Virus record (IMG/VR): IMGVR_UViG_3300037762_000282
Coordinates: 4,850 to 68,849 of that record
Strand: one strand, 5' to 3'
DNA length: 64,000 nucleotides
Source: a virus
Taxonomy: Duplodnaviria > Caudoviricetes
The position numbers and the translations under genes were made by a program. Within the stretch, counting starts at the first letter, position 1; the number at the start of each line of letters is the position of its first letter. Under the pieces are notes generated by a model. The model ran no database searches. It had not been told where the DNA came from and saw nothing but the letters and a program-made list of their open reading frames with translations. Shown here in pieces: positions 29,631 to 39,963 of the stretch.

Positions 29631-31243
29631 CCCGCCACCCCGACAGCCCAGACCAGCTCGACCTCGCCGAACGAAACGATCCGCCCTCCCCGCACCACCT
29701 GCACCGTGACCACGGACCGGTCACAACCCGAGCAGGTTGTGTCCAGACCCGGGCCACGGAGCGACAGGTGCACATCGTCCACCCGCCACTTCGGAGACGC
29801 CTCGAACCTGCCGCTCCTACCCTTCGGCTGCTGCCCGGTCGCCGCGATCGTGACGTCCACCCGCTCGACGATCGACCGCAGAATCCGCCACCTCGCCGCC
29901 GCCACGACCGGCTCTTCCAGGGCTGCCGCCGCCGCGTCGAGCGCCCGGTCCAGAGCCCCGCTGCGCGCCGCCTCCATCCGCCGGCGGGCCGAGCGGATCG
30001 TCTCCTCGAGGCGCTTGACCTGCCGGGCCGCCACCTCCCGTTGCTCGGCGAACTCCCCGCGGTCGATCTCGCCGTCCGCTCTCATCGCTACCAGGCGGGC
30101 GAGCCGGGCGACCAACTTGCCGCGCCGCCGCTCCATCGCCTCGATCTCGGCCGCCGGGTCGACCACAGCGCCGGCGCGAGAACGCTCGACCAACTTCCGC
30201 ACCGCGGCCGGGTGGCGCAGCAGCTCGGCGAAGCCGCGCCAGGTCAGGTCGTCCACAGCCTGCCGCCGCACCCAGGCGCCGCTGCCATCCCGGGGCCGGT
30301 AGTAGGAGCCGCCGTGGCTGCGGTCGATCACGACCCTCCTGCCGTCGACCCAGAGCAAGCCGGTCAGCATGCCGGGGAGGCCGGTCGAGGAGCCGCCGCG
30401 GTGGGCGCTCGCGGCCTCCCAAGTCGCGGCGTCGATCAGCGGCTCGTGTGCTCCCTCGACCACGATGGCGTCCGGGTGGCTGGGGTCGAAGTGGAAGGCT
30501 CCGCGGTCGCCGTCGCGCCGCCACGCCCCGTTGACGACCGTGCCGAGGTACGCGGGGTTGGCGAGCACGCGGACGACCGCCGTCTTGCACCACTGCACGC
30601 CGCGAGAGGAGGGGATGCCCTCGGCGTTCAGGCGCTCGGCGATGGCGCGCTGGCCGACTCCAGAAGCCGCCCACCGGAAGATGCGGCGCACGACACCAGC
30701 TTCCTCGGCCACCACCTGTAGCGTGCCGCGGAGCGGATCCCCCGCCGGCGGATTGCTGTATCCGTAGGGAGCTGCGCCCCCGGTGACCTTGCCCTGACGG
30801 GCCTTCTCTCGCTTGCCCCGCTTGACCCGCTCCTTGAAGCGACGAACCTCGGCCGCGTCGACCAGCGAGACGATGCCGAAGGCGAGCCCGTCGGAGGCGT
30901 CGCCCAAGTCCCGGCGCGTGCTGTCCACCCAGACCGCGATCTCCCGCTCGCGCAGCTCCCGCATGAGCAGCGCGACTTCCAGCTCGTCTCCGCGGGTCAG
31001 GCGAGATTGCTCGATACACCAAACGGCGTTCGCCCCGCCGTCGCGGATCGCGTCGAGCACCTGCTGCAGTACGTGGCGCTCGCGGGCTGCGGCCGTGGCG
31101 GACTCAGTGCCCCGGAACTCGGCGACGGTCTGCCAGCCATGGCGTTCGGCCAGCTCGTGGTAGCGGCGGCGCTGGGCGTCGAGCGAGGCACCGCGCTCCT
31201 CTTGCCGATCGGTCGAGACACGGTAGAGGGCTACTACTCGCAC
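29627..31243 (-). CDS. Large serine recombinase (probable integrase)
   Basis: GTG 31243 with RBS GGAGAGG; MRVVALYRVSTDRQ catalytic Ser motif, SRLTR, GAAPYGY recombinase domain and coiled coil. Confidence 0.9.
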   Translation of the reverse strand: MRVVALYRVSTDRQEERGASLDAQRRRYHELAERHGWQTVAEFRGTESATAAARERHVLQQVLDAIRDGGANAVWCIEQSRLTRGDELEVALLMRELREREIAVWVDSTRRDLGDASDGLAFGIVSLVDAAEVRRFKERVKRGKREKARQGKVTGGAAPYGYSNPPAGDPLRGTLQVVAEEAGVVRRIFRWAASGVGQRAIAERLNAEGIPSSRGVQWCKTAVVRVLANPAYLGTVVNGAWRRDGDRGAFHFDPSHPDAIVVEGAHEPLIDAATWEAASAHRGGSSTGLPGMLTGLLWVDGRRVVIDRSHGGSYYRPRDGSGAWVRRQAVDDLTWRGFAELLRHPAAVRKLVERSRAGAVVDPAAEIEAMERRRGKLVARLARLVAMRADGEIDRGEFAEQREVAARQVKRLEETIRSARRRMEAARSGALDRALDAAAAALEEPVVAAARWRILRSIVERVDVTIAATGQQPKGRSGRFEASPKWRVDDVHLSLRGPGLDTTCSGCDRSVVTVQVVRGGRIVSFGEVELVWAVGVAG

Positions 31244-32837
31244 GACCCTCTCCCGACCGCAGCCTCGACGGCGCGAACGAAGTCCACCAACTCCGGAGCA
31301 CCCGTCGGCCTGCGAAGAACGGTCAGGGCGTCTTCGGGGCCGAGGTTGTACGCAGCGCACGCTGCCAGTACTAGGCGGGCGTAGGGGCGATGCTCCGGCC
31401 TCATGCTCCGCAGGAAGCCGAGCACCCGGGACGGCGGCCAATAGGTCCGCTTCGACACCTCAGCAGCGTAGCGCTGCTCGCGGGCAGAGAGGTCGGGTCG
31501 GACCTCGTTGCCGCGCGACATGCGGGCGCGGGCGGCCTCAGCTTCGAGGCTCGCGGCGAGGGAGGGGGCGACTACTCGCACTCGGGATCTCCGAGACATG
31601 GGTAGGCGGCGAGCAGGGCGTCGCGGGCGCGCCCGATAGGTCCCTGGGTCCCGTCCGCCGACGTACCAGCAAATCCCGCGGTCGCCGCCACCAGCTCGCG
31701 CAGCGGGGAGAGGTCTGGCGGCGGGGCGGCGAGGGCGGCGCGCAGATCCGCGACCGTATCCACGCATGCCGCAGGGTCTGAGGAGGCGTCTTCGATCACT
31801 TCCCGTAGCCGCTCGACCTCCAGCCGGGCGGCCAGCAGCTCGGCGTCCTCGGTCGCCGCCTCCCGCTCGATCTCTCGGGACGTTCTCAGCATGGCGGTCT
31901 CCCGGCTCCGGCCCGTGCCTCTCGGTCCGCGGCCACTTCAAGCCAGACCCTCTCCCCGTGGCCCTCCTCCCATTCCACCTCGGCGGCCAGCCCTGGGTCG
32001 CGGGCGCACGCTTCTTCGTAGACGGCGGCGAACGCCGCGCTGAACTCCCGCAGGGCGGCGACAGCCCGCTCGCCGATCTCCCTGATCTCGCCGGGCGTCA
32101 GCATGGCGCCTCCACCCACTCCCGCAGCTCGTCGAGCAGCCGCAGCCGCACGAAGTCCAGGGCCTCCGCCTCGCTCAGGCCGCACTCGGTCAGCGAGGTT
32201 ACCTCGGCGCGAAGCTCAGCCAAGAGCTGCGCCCGGTGCTCTTCGGGGTGCTCGGCAGCCCACCGTAGCCGTTCGAGCGCAAGCTCGCCCCGTACGGCGA
32301 GGGCCTTGTCGATCAGCGAGATCGCGAGCCAAATGCCGATGCAGATCAGAATCGCTTCCATCGTCAGATCCTCACGTGGCAGTACACGCCGATTACGGCC
32401 CACTGGTGGGGCTTGCCGCTCAAGAGCGCCACCTCGGTCATCTTCACCTCGATGGAGTCCGGGGTGAACCCGGTGTCGTCCCGGAAGGACCGCACGGCGG
32501 CCGAGGCCGCGTCGGCGATCTCGTTTTCCATGCGGAGCCTTCTCTTGCGCAACTCGTCAAAGCTATCCGGCGTCATCGCGCCCTCCTCTCCTGAAGTCCT
32601 GAGGCGATCTCCTCAACCGCCTCGACAGTCCACCGCTCCACCAACGCCCGGGCTCCTGCTACGTCGCCCCGATCGAGCGCCGCTAGCACCGCCCCCCGCA
32701 CCCTGACCGACGCCTCCCTGCGCTCCTCAGCGACGGCGAGCAGGGTGTCGGCGAGGGCGCCGTAGTCGGCCTCGTCAGGCGTCGAGAACTGGGCTACTCG
32801 GGCCATAGGCTACCCCGATCCTCCTCGCGACGCACAG

Positions 32838-33830
32838 TCACGCATGGCGGGGCTCCGGGAACTCCTTGCGCGCCCACAGGCGGTCGGGGATGTGCCCCTG
32901 AGCGCCCGGCCGCGGTCCCGAGTCCTGTTTCACGAAGAGGGCAACCCCTGCCTCTCGTGTCTGCTGGTCGACGCTTTCGACCCAGGCGACGTCCATGGGG
33001 CGATGCCCGGCGCCGGTCTCGCCGCCGATGATGATCTGGTCGATTCCCCTACGAGCCGACCCGCGGAACGGGCCGCGCCAGCGGTCGGCGGCCTTGCGCT
33101 TCGCGGTGTCTGGCACGTAGCAACCGATCGCTCCTCGTTCGCCGCCGAAGTAGGCGGGTCCAAGCGCTGGTTCGTAGCTGATAAACCGTACCGCCGCCGG
33201 GCAGCGCAGCAGGTGCGGGATGCGCTCGTCTGCGGTCTCCTGGTTCTCGACGCTGGTGCCGAGTTCGACGTTTGGGAGCGGCCACTCCCACAGCAGGCCA
33301 GCGGGCCACGAGATCCCGAGCTTCTGCATCGCGTCGATGCAAGTCAGGATAGCGCTTCTGCCAAGCTGCGAAGCGGCCCACTCGAACCACTCCGCTGCCC
33401 GGCCCGGGCGCTTCGTTAGGATCAAGTGAGTGTGTTCCCGGCTCGCCCACATCACCCCGAACATCGCCGCGATCTGCTCGAAACTCAGTGTCTCGTGGAA
33501 CAGGTCGCTCATGGAGTTGACGAAGTAGGTTGTGGGGCGCTTCCGTCGCAGCGGCTCGCTCAACTTGTCCGGGATGAGGATCGCCTTCCCGCTCCACCGC
33601 GGCAGGGCCTTGCCGTCGCGCCACTTGACCGCCTCCATGTAGGCGCGCTGGGTCGGCGTACGCTCGGCCTCCGGGCGTGCCACGGCGGCGTTGGCAATCC
33701 GGGCGGCCATCACCTCGGCGTAGCAGTGCAGGCAACCGGGGCTGACGCGGTTGCAGCCGACCACCGGGTTCCAGGTCGCGCCGATCGTGCCGGGCCTGTG
33801 GGTCCACTCGATCGAGGTTTCCTGGCTCAA
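32838..33830 (-). CDS. DUF5131 / phage Gp37-Gp68 family (radical-SAM-like)
   Basis: TSIEWT..TWNPVVGCNRVSPGCLHCYAE, FVNSMSDLFHE, LGTSVENQ..RF.SYEPALG; TTG start 33830. Confidence 0.88.
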   Translation of the reverse strand: MSQETSIEWTHRPGTIGATWNPVVGCNRVSPGCLHCYAEVMAARIANAAVARPEAERTPTQRAYMEAVKWRDGKALPRWSGKAILIPDKLSEPLRRKRPTTYFVNSMSDLFHETLSFEQIAAMFGVMWASREHTHLILTKRPGRAAEWFEWAASQLGRSAILTCIDAMQKLGISWPAGLLWEWPLPNVELGTSVENQETADERIPHLLRCPAAVRFISYEPALGPAYFGGERGAIGCYVPDTAKRKAADRWRGPFRGSARRGIDQIIIGGETGAGHRPMDVAWVESVDQQTREAGVALFVKQDSGPRPGAQGHIPDRLWARKEFPEPRHA

Positions 33831-34687
33831 GCCGCCCTCCGATCGTCGATCCGGAACCGTTCGCGTAGCCCCTCGATCGCGCTCTCCGGGATCGCGTGAA
33901 ACAGCTCGATCAGCCCTTCCTCCGCGACGTCCCCGGCGAACCAATCCTCGAGGAACGCGACCGCCGGGTGCTTGTCTTCTCGCAGCAAGGCCTTCGCTCT
34001 TCCCCACGGCCGGCGGATCGAATCGCCCTGCGCCTTGTGCGAGCGGAGGGCCTCGATCACCATCCCCGTCGACGTCAGATCGCCGGCGTCAAGCCGCGCG
34101 GCAAGCGCCTCGATCTGGCTGTTCGGCAGGCCGCGCAGCAGCCGGGCGTTCGCCTCGGCGATCACCTCCAGTTGCACGAGCCTCAGGACCGAATCCGGAA
34201 GCTCGAGCATCGACAGGAGCTGTGAGCCACGAGTCGGCGAGACTCGCAGACGGGCGCAGGCGTCGCCGTGCGAGTAGCCGTAGACGTCGATCAGCTTCCG
34301 CAAGGCGCAGCCCTTGTCGTAGGTGGTGAACGAGCGGCCGAGGTTTTCATCGAGGTTCGCCTCGATTGCGCTCTTGGTGTTGAGCGTTCGGAGCGTCGCC
34401 CGCAGTGGGATTGGCGCGAGCAGTCCCCAGCGCTCGGGCTCGCGATTGATCATCTTGATGGCGGCGACTCTGCGATAGCCGGCGGCCAGCCACGTCCGGT
34501 TGTCGTGGCCGCGGTAGACCACGACCGGCTGAAGCTGGCCGCGGTCGGCGATCAGGCGTGCCAGCGACTCGACAGACTCGTCAGTCACGGGTGCCCGGAG
34601 GTTGTCGCCGAGCACGATCCGGTCGATCTCTTCCGGGGGGAACCTGACGCCGTCGTCTCGCTTGGCGCCGTCGAGGCGAACGGGCAT
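33827..34687 (-). CDS. ParB/RepB/Spo0J-like protein
   Basis: NLR..VESLARLIADRGQLQPVVV..LAAGYRRVAA..ENL, followed by an HTH. Confidence 0.82.
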   Translation of the reverse strand: MPVRLDGAKRDDGVRFPPEEIDRIVLGDNLRAPVTDESVESLARLIADRGQLQPVVVYRGHDNRTWLAAGYRRVAAIKMINREPERWGLLAPIPLRATLRTLNTKSAIEANLDENLGRSFTTYDKGCALRKLIDVYGYSHGDACARLRVSPTRGSQLLSMLELPDSVLRLVQLEVIAEANARLLRGLPNSQIEALAARLDAGDLTSTGMVIEALRSHKAQGDSIRRPWGRAKALLREDKHPAVAFLEDWFAGDVAEEGLIELFHAIPESAIEGLRERFRIDDRRAA

Positions 34688-35131
34688 CAGGCCACCCCCC
34701 GGCGAGGCATCGGCAGTACGTCACCCGGCTTCGGCTCCGGCACGGTCGCCTTCGGCAGGCTTGGCCCGACCGGCTCTCGGCAGTCCGCCATTCCCGAGCA
34801 CTTCGGCATCCGCCCGCCGGCCCACTTCGCCAGCGGCGGCGGATCGTTGCGCTGCTGCCACCGAGACCGCAGCGTCGGCCAGAGCGCGATCAGTGCGGCG
34901 AGGGCGAATCCCCCGGCGGCGCTGGAGATGTATCCGAACATCAGCGATCCTCCTTCCTCTTCGTCATCCCACGCCGGTATCTCGGGCATGGTTCGAAGGC
35001 TCTGTCCAGTTGCGGGTTCTCCGGGCTTTGATCGTTCCGCCGGTAGTGCCAGCCCTGCCTCCCGTAGGTCAGGGGCGGGTTCAGGTGCGGACAACCGCAC
35101 GAGGACTCGCGCTCGAGGCGGGAGGCGGCGG

Positions 35132-36271
35132 TCACGCCGCAGCCTCCGCTCTCCCGGCCACGATCCGGACCGTGCCGCCGACCGCAGCGGCGATCCGCTC
35201 CAGGTAGGTGACCTCGACGGTGTAGGCGAAGGGCTCGCTCGGAGCCACCAGCGCAAGGTCGTGCTCGCCCTCGGCCTCGACTGCGGCGAGCGGCCGAATG
35301 AACGTCTCCCACTCCTCCGGATCGACCTCGGCGCGCAGGACCTCGACGGCCGCGCCCCACCGCTCGCGCTCCGCCCCGTTCGCCGGCCGGTAGGTGTCTC
35401 GAGGCGGGGCCGGCGGCGGGATCGCGCGGTCGCCCGGGGCCTGAAGCTCGCGCAGTTCGGCCCACGCCGACTCGACCGCCGAAGCGCAGTAGCGGAGCGA
35501 GTTCACCGGCCCGCGGTCGCCACGCTCGCGGCGGCGCTCGAACACGCCGGCGATCTCGGCGAGCACCAGGTCGAGCGGGACGCCGGCGGTGTGCCAGCCG
35601 CGGGCTGCTTGGTAGTCCGGTGGCGCGAGCAGACACCCGGAGCCGCGGAGACGGAGGAACGTCTCCTCGATCGCGTGGAAGTAGGCCATCTCCTCCGACT
35701 CAGCAGCAGCAGCCGGGACCCCTCCTGCGCGCGCTTCCCCTACCTCTGCTGCTGCTGCTTCTGATGGGCTAGATCCTTCTCCGGAAAGGGAACAGGAAGA
35801 GGAACAGGATATTGTTCGCTTCCCGTTCGCTTCTCGTTCGTTTTCGTTCAACGTCCGTTCAACGTCCGTTGAACAGTCGTTCGAAGGTTTCGCCTTACGG
35901 CGGCGGGACTTTCCAGAGGCTATCCCGGCGATACGCGCCTGCTTGCGGGACGCGCGCTGCTTTTTCAGCCACGATTCCCGCTCAGAAGCGAGTCGCGGAT
36001 TGACCAACCGTTCGCCGTCGTTGGCGTGTCGTTCGAAGCACCCGCTCAGCGCCGGCCACACCTCCCTCTCGAACTGCTCGGGGGTGTGCGCGCGGGCTCC
36101 GTCGTTGACGATCACGGCGAGCTTGCGCGGTTCCGCCGGCACGCTCCCCTCTTCCCACTGGTGGGAGAGGAGGCGGAGGTAGGCAGCGACCTGTTCGCCG
36201 TTCATCATCTTGACGTTCTCGTCGCCCCAGAACGCTCTGGGGTCGAAAAGGAATGGCCCCGATAGGCTCAC
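35132..36271 (-). CDS. Replication initiator-like protein (DUF1376/YdaU N-domain plus DnaA-N-like C-domain)
   Basis: FLFDPRAFWGDENVKMMNGEQVAAYLRLLSHQW; C-terminal WGAAVEVLRAEVDPEEWETFIRPL..LALVAPSEPF. Confidence 0.7.
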   Translation of the reverse strand: MSLSGPFLFDPRAFWGDENVKMMNGEQVAAYLRLLSHQWEEGSVPAEPRKLAVIVNDGARAHTPEQFEREVWPALSGCFERHANDGERLVNPRLASERESWLKKQRASRKQARIAGIASGKSRRRKAKPSNDCSTDVERTLNENEREANGKRTISCSSSCSLSGEGSSPSEAAAAEVGEARAGGVPAAAAESEEMAYFHAIEETFLRLRGSGCLLAPPDYQAARGWHTAGVPLDLVLAEIAGVFERRRERGDRGPVNSLRYCASAVESAWAELRELQAPGDRAIPPPAPPRDTYRPANGAERERWGAAVEVLRAEVDPEEWETFIRPLAAVEAEGEHDLALVAPSEPFAYTVEVTYLERIAAAVGGTVRIVAGRAEAAA

Positions 36272-36816
36272 GCCGTGCGGTCCCTCCGCCAGGTCTCCAT
36301 CGCCTCGTGTAGGTCGAGCACCCGCCCAACCTCGTGCGCCCCATCCCACCTGATCAGCCAGGCCACTACATCCCCCGGAGTCCCGAGGTAGATCGACTTC
36401 GGTATCGACACCGGCGCCGAGCGCAGCATCGGGTAGCGCAGCTCGGGCGGGATGGCTACGAGCCGCCGCGCCAGGTCCTCGGCCGAGCACGCGGTCTGCG
36501 GTCGATCGGCGACAGCGGCCAGCATCGCGGCCACCGCGGCGAGGTCGATGCCGTGGTCGGCCTGGAAGGTCAGGATGCCCCGGTCGTGCTGCTCCCGGTG
36601 GAGGCGTCTCGAGAGGGGCACCAGGTCGCGCCACGCGCCGCCGGCGCCTGTGCTGCACACGTGGGCCGGGTCGGAGGGCGGCAGCGCGCCAGAGACGCAG
36701 CAGCGCAGCGCCTTGACCCTCTCGCCGTGCGGCCCGAACTGCTGGGCGCGCAGCTTCTCCCGGCGGTCGGGGTTGGACCGGCGGAGGCGGGAGGGGCGGA
36801 GGGTCGAGAACGGCAT
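36268..36816 (-). CDS. DUF968-like / HNH-related protein
   Basis: CCVSG..SDPAHV..GAGG..DLVPLSRRLHREQH. Confidence 0.6.
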   Translation of the reverse strand: MPFSTLRPSRLRRSNPDRREKLRAQQFGPHGERVKALRCCVSGALPPSDPAHVCSTGAGGAWRDLVPLSRRLHREQHDRGILTFQADHGIDLAAVAAMLAAVADRPQTACSAEDLARRLVAIPPELRYPMLRSAPVSIPKSIYLGTPGDVVAWLIRWDGAHEVGRVLDLHEAMETWRRDRTA

Positions 36817-37022
36817 CAGGCGCCCTCCGCCTCTGGCGCGTACTCGTGGTCCCAGGGCTTCGAGCCCGGTGGACACCCGAAGGCCGGACCGTGCAGGGAT
36901 ACGTGCGGCCCCTCGCCGCAGATGGTGCACTTGGGCAGACAGTTGCACAGTGAAGTTCTCGCGTGGCGATGGCCGCGCACGTCGAGGCGCGGGCACTCAT
37001 CCAGGTCAACGGCGCCGGGCAT

Positions 37023-37526
37023 CTAGTCCACGACCTCCCCGTCGATCACTTCCTCCGGCGCCGGCGGCAGGCCCAGGAGGTTCCGCGGCATCTTCCCGGC
37101 CTCCAGTGCCGCCCGGAGCCTCGGCAGTGCGTAGGCGGCGACTGTGTGCCCGGATGGGAGCACCAGGTGGGCGAGAAACTCTTCCTCGAAGGTCGATATC
37201 TCGGCCTCGACCGCCTCGAGCTTCGCCTTGACGACCAGGGCGAGGGCGCGCCAGCGCTGGCGGCAAGCCTGCTCCCACGCGGCATGCGCGGCTTCAGCCG
37301 CCCGGCGCAGCCCCTTCGCGGGCGTCCGCGTGAACTCGGCGTCGTCCTTGGGCGGCAGCGGCACCTCGAAACGGACGCACCAGCGCTGGAATCGAAACTG
37401 CACGATGGCGCGTTCGGCCTCGGTCCAGTAGCCGAAAGCATCGGCGCCGTAGCGCCCGAGGATGGTCTCGATCTCGGCGCGGGACCTCTCGACGGAGACG
37501 GACGTGGCGGCGGCGTAGCGGCTCAT
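37023..37526 (-). CDS. Conserved phage hypothetical protein
   Basis: MSRYAAATSVSVERSRAEIE..QRWRALALVVKAKLEAVE..TFEEEFLAH. Confidence 0.65.
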   Translation of the reverse strand: MSRYAAATSVSVERSRAEIETILGRYGADAFGYWTEAERAIVQFRFQRWCVRFEVPLPPKDDAEFTRTPAKGLRRAAEAAHAAWEQACRQRWRALALVVKAKLEAVEAEISTFEEEFLAHLVLPSGHTVAAYALPRLRAALEAGKMPRNLLGLPPAPEEVIDGEVVD

Positions 37527-39037
37527 AAGCCCTCTCGCGGGGTCTTCCCGTCGTTGAATCCGCCGCCGACGTACCAGTCCCACTCCCACCGCTCGTCAAC
37601 CGCTTCCGTCTTGCCGCGGCTTCCTGGCCGCTCCCGGTAGCTGTAGCAGGCCATGTCGCCGAAGTCCCCGGCGTAGCTCCGCGCCTCGTGGTCGCTCTCG
37701 CAGGCCACGAGCACGAGGGATTCGTCGGGCGGCCCGTTCTGGCCGCAGTCCCCGCAAGCGCGGGCGTCGTAGAGGAGGTAGACGCGGCTCATAAGCCCTC
37801 CCTCGGCGGCAGGCCGGCGCACTCGCGCAGGCGGCGGGCGGCGTGAGCGATCGCAACGCCGACCGTGCCAGCGGCGCACAGCTCTTTGAGCAGCGACGGC
37901 CCCCGCTCTTCCGCGCCGACACCGGCATCGCGCGAGAACTCCTCCAGCTCCTCGATCCGCTCCAGTAGCCCGCCGGCAGGCGCGGGCGCGGCGGCGAGGG
38001 GGCAGTCGCCTGAGTGCAGGGGGAGATCCCCTGGGTGAAGCTCTTCGCCTCGCCAGTTTTCGCAACACCAGCCTCGCATCAGGGACCACCGCAGCCCCGC
38101 CTCCCGCGCCCCCGCAGCGGCCAGCTCGGCCACATGGCGCTCGATCAGATCTGCTGCCGCCGTGAGCAGGCCCTCGCCGCCCATGCTCGCGAGCAGGTGG
38201 CCTCCCTCGATCAGCCCGGCGAGCCGATCGATCGCGGCATCAAGGCGCCCGCGCACAGCCATCACGCACCCCCGCCCGGCGTGCTCGCCGCTTGGATGAC
38301 GTCGGCCAGTCGACCGCGGGCGTCGGCCAGCTCGGCGCGGAGGGTGGAGATCTGGGCGAAGCGTGAGGCGGCGAGGATGCGGGCGTCGTCTCGCTCGGCG
38401 CGGAGGCTCGACGGCTCGTGCGGCGAAGTAGTCGGCACGGCCCAATACCACACCTCGTCGCGCAGCATCACTCCCTCGGCGTGCGGGTGCGGCTTCGCTT
38501 CCGACGGGGCGTATTCCCACCACTCGCGGCTCGCGGTCACGACCGCCGTGCAGCACCCCGGGAAGCAGGCACGCTCCGGAAGTGACCACTTCCACCGGCC
38601 GCTCGATTCGATCCATGTCGGTGGCGGCTCGACTGGAATCAGTGTCCGCCCGCCCGCCGCCGGCTGCGCGGCGCAGTGGTCGAGGGCGACCCGGGCGAGG
38701 GCGTAGAAGTCGGGATCGACGGGCGCGACCCCCGCCTCGTAGCCCTCTCGACAGAGCGCTGCCTCGGCGGGCGGCATGAGCACCCACGGCACCTCCCGCA
38801 GCTTGCGCGCCAGCTCGGCTACCTGTTCGTCCGTGCTCACCCCTTCCCTCCCTTCTTCGCCTTCGCCGCCCGGGTCAGGATCTCGGTTTCAACCACCTCG
38901 ACCCGCAACCGGGTTCCTACCGGCGCCTCCGCCAGCATCCAAGTCAGGCGCTCACGTAACCCGTCGCCGGGAACGTGGTCGACCAGGTCGACGTGCTTGA
39001 CTCCGTCCTCGGAGATTTCCAGTGCTCTTGTCATGGT

Positions 39038-39427
39038 TCACCCATCAATTGAACGTGAGATTTCAGCTTCGGCTCGCACGGCCGCGGCGACCGATTGAAG
39101 CGCTGAGAGCTGCGCTCGCCGCGACCGCACCGCTTCATGGGCAGCCTTGAGCATCGCCTCTGCCTCGTGGGCTGCGCGACGCTCTTTGGAGGTGTGCAGA
39201 TCTACCCACCGCCGCTTGTCATCGACGGTCGGCCGTTCGATGCCTTCGCCGCGCAGTTGATCGACACTCTGAAAGTGCCGGGTTGCTTGTGCGAGCCGGT
39301 AGGCATCCTCGGACTCGGCCCACCGCGTGGCCTGCTTGGCCAGCAGTTCGAGGCCCTTGTCGAGAGACCGGATCAACCGAGTCATCTCGGGGATCAGGTC
39401 CGCAGCGGTGGGTAGATCGGTGTTCAT
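39038..39427 (-). CDS. Coiled-coil hypothetical protein of the recombination module
   Basis: Coupled to the SSB-like and ATPase genes. Confidence 0.5.
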   Translation of the reverse strand: MNTDLPTAADLIPEMTRLIRSLDKGLELLAKQATRWAESEDAYRLAQATRHFQSVDQLRGEGIERPTVDDKRRWVDLHTSKERRAAHEAEAMLKAAHEAVRSRRAQLSALQSVAAAVRAEAEISRSIDG

Positions 39428-39429
39428 GG

Positions 39430-39963
39430 TTAGAACGGAATGTCGTCGTCGTCAGGCACGGGCGAACCGTCGTCGAAAGAGTCCGCGCCGCCGCTGTCGG
39501 CGGGCTCCGGGTCTCCGCCTTGCGAGCGTCCGCGCGAGAGCGCTCCGCCGGGAACCTCGTGCTCGTGGAAGAAGTTCAGCTTGGTGTAGGTCTTTCCGTC
39601 CTGCCCGCTCTCGTGCGCGCAGTTGGCCCACACCTTGAGACCGACGATCCATCGGCCCGCGACGGTTTCGTCTTCCAGGTCGCCAAGGCCGACGTTCGAT
39701 CCGTCCATCTCGCCGAGGTCAACCCCGGCTCGCGCAAGGAAGCGAGCAAGCACCCAGGACGCCTTGTCGCTCAGGGTGAACATGGTGGACGCTTCGGAGC
39801 CTTCTTCGTCCTTGAGGATCACCAGGAGTTGCGGGTCTCCGGCTTTCGACTGGAAGTTGCGCGACTCCGTCCCCCGCATCACCTTGACCGCTTCGTAGCG
39901 GTGCCACCCCTCGGCCGACTTAGGAGGTCCGTCCTGGTCTCGATCAGTCCAGTACCCCATCAC
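39430..39963 (-). CDS. Single-stranded DNA-binding-like protein (DUF669-like)
   Basis: Acidic tail ending DDDIPF; adjacent to the Sak4-like ATPase. Confidence 0.75.
   Translation of the reverse strand: MMGYWTDRDQDGPPKSAEGWHRYEAVKVMRGTESRNFQSKAGDPQLLVILKDEEGSEASTMFTLSDKASWVLARFLARAGVDLGEMDGSNVGLGDLEDETVAGRWIVGLKVWANCAHESGQDGKTYTKLNFFHEHEVPGGALSRGRSQGGDPEPADSGGADSFDDGSPVPDDDDIPF

Noticed and set aside
29627-31441. 604-aa recombinase with a long N-terminal extension
   Set aside because: The RBS and catalytic motif place the start at GTG 31243; the extension overlaps another gene.
34268-35764. Long plus-strand Arg/Pro/Ala-rich ORFs (also 3692..4942, 19188..20348, 46925..48097, 55941..57332)
   Set aside because: These are shadow frames typical of high-GC DNA and overlap better-supported genes on the other strand or frame.
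35132-37009. 625-aa ORF as annotated in the track
   Set aside because: The N-terminal part is an off-frame read-through of neighbouring genes. The real gene most likely starts at GTG 36271.
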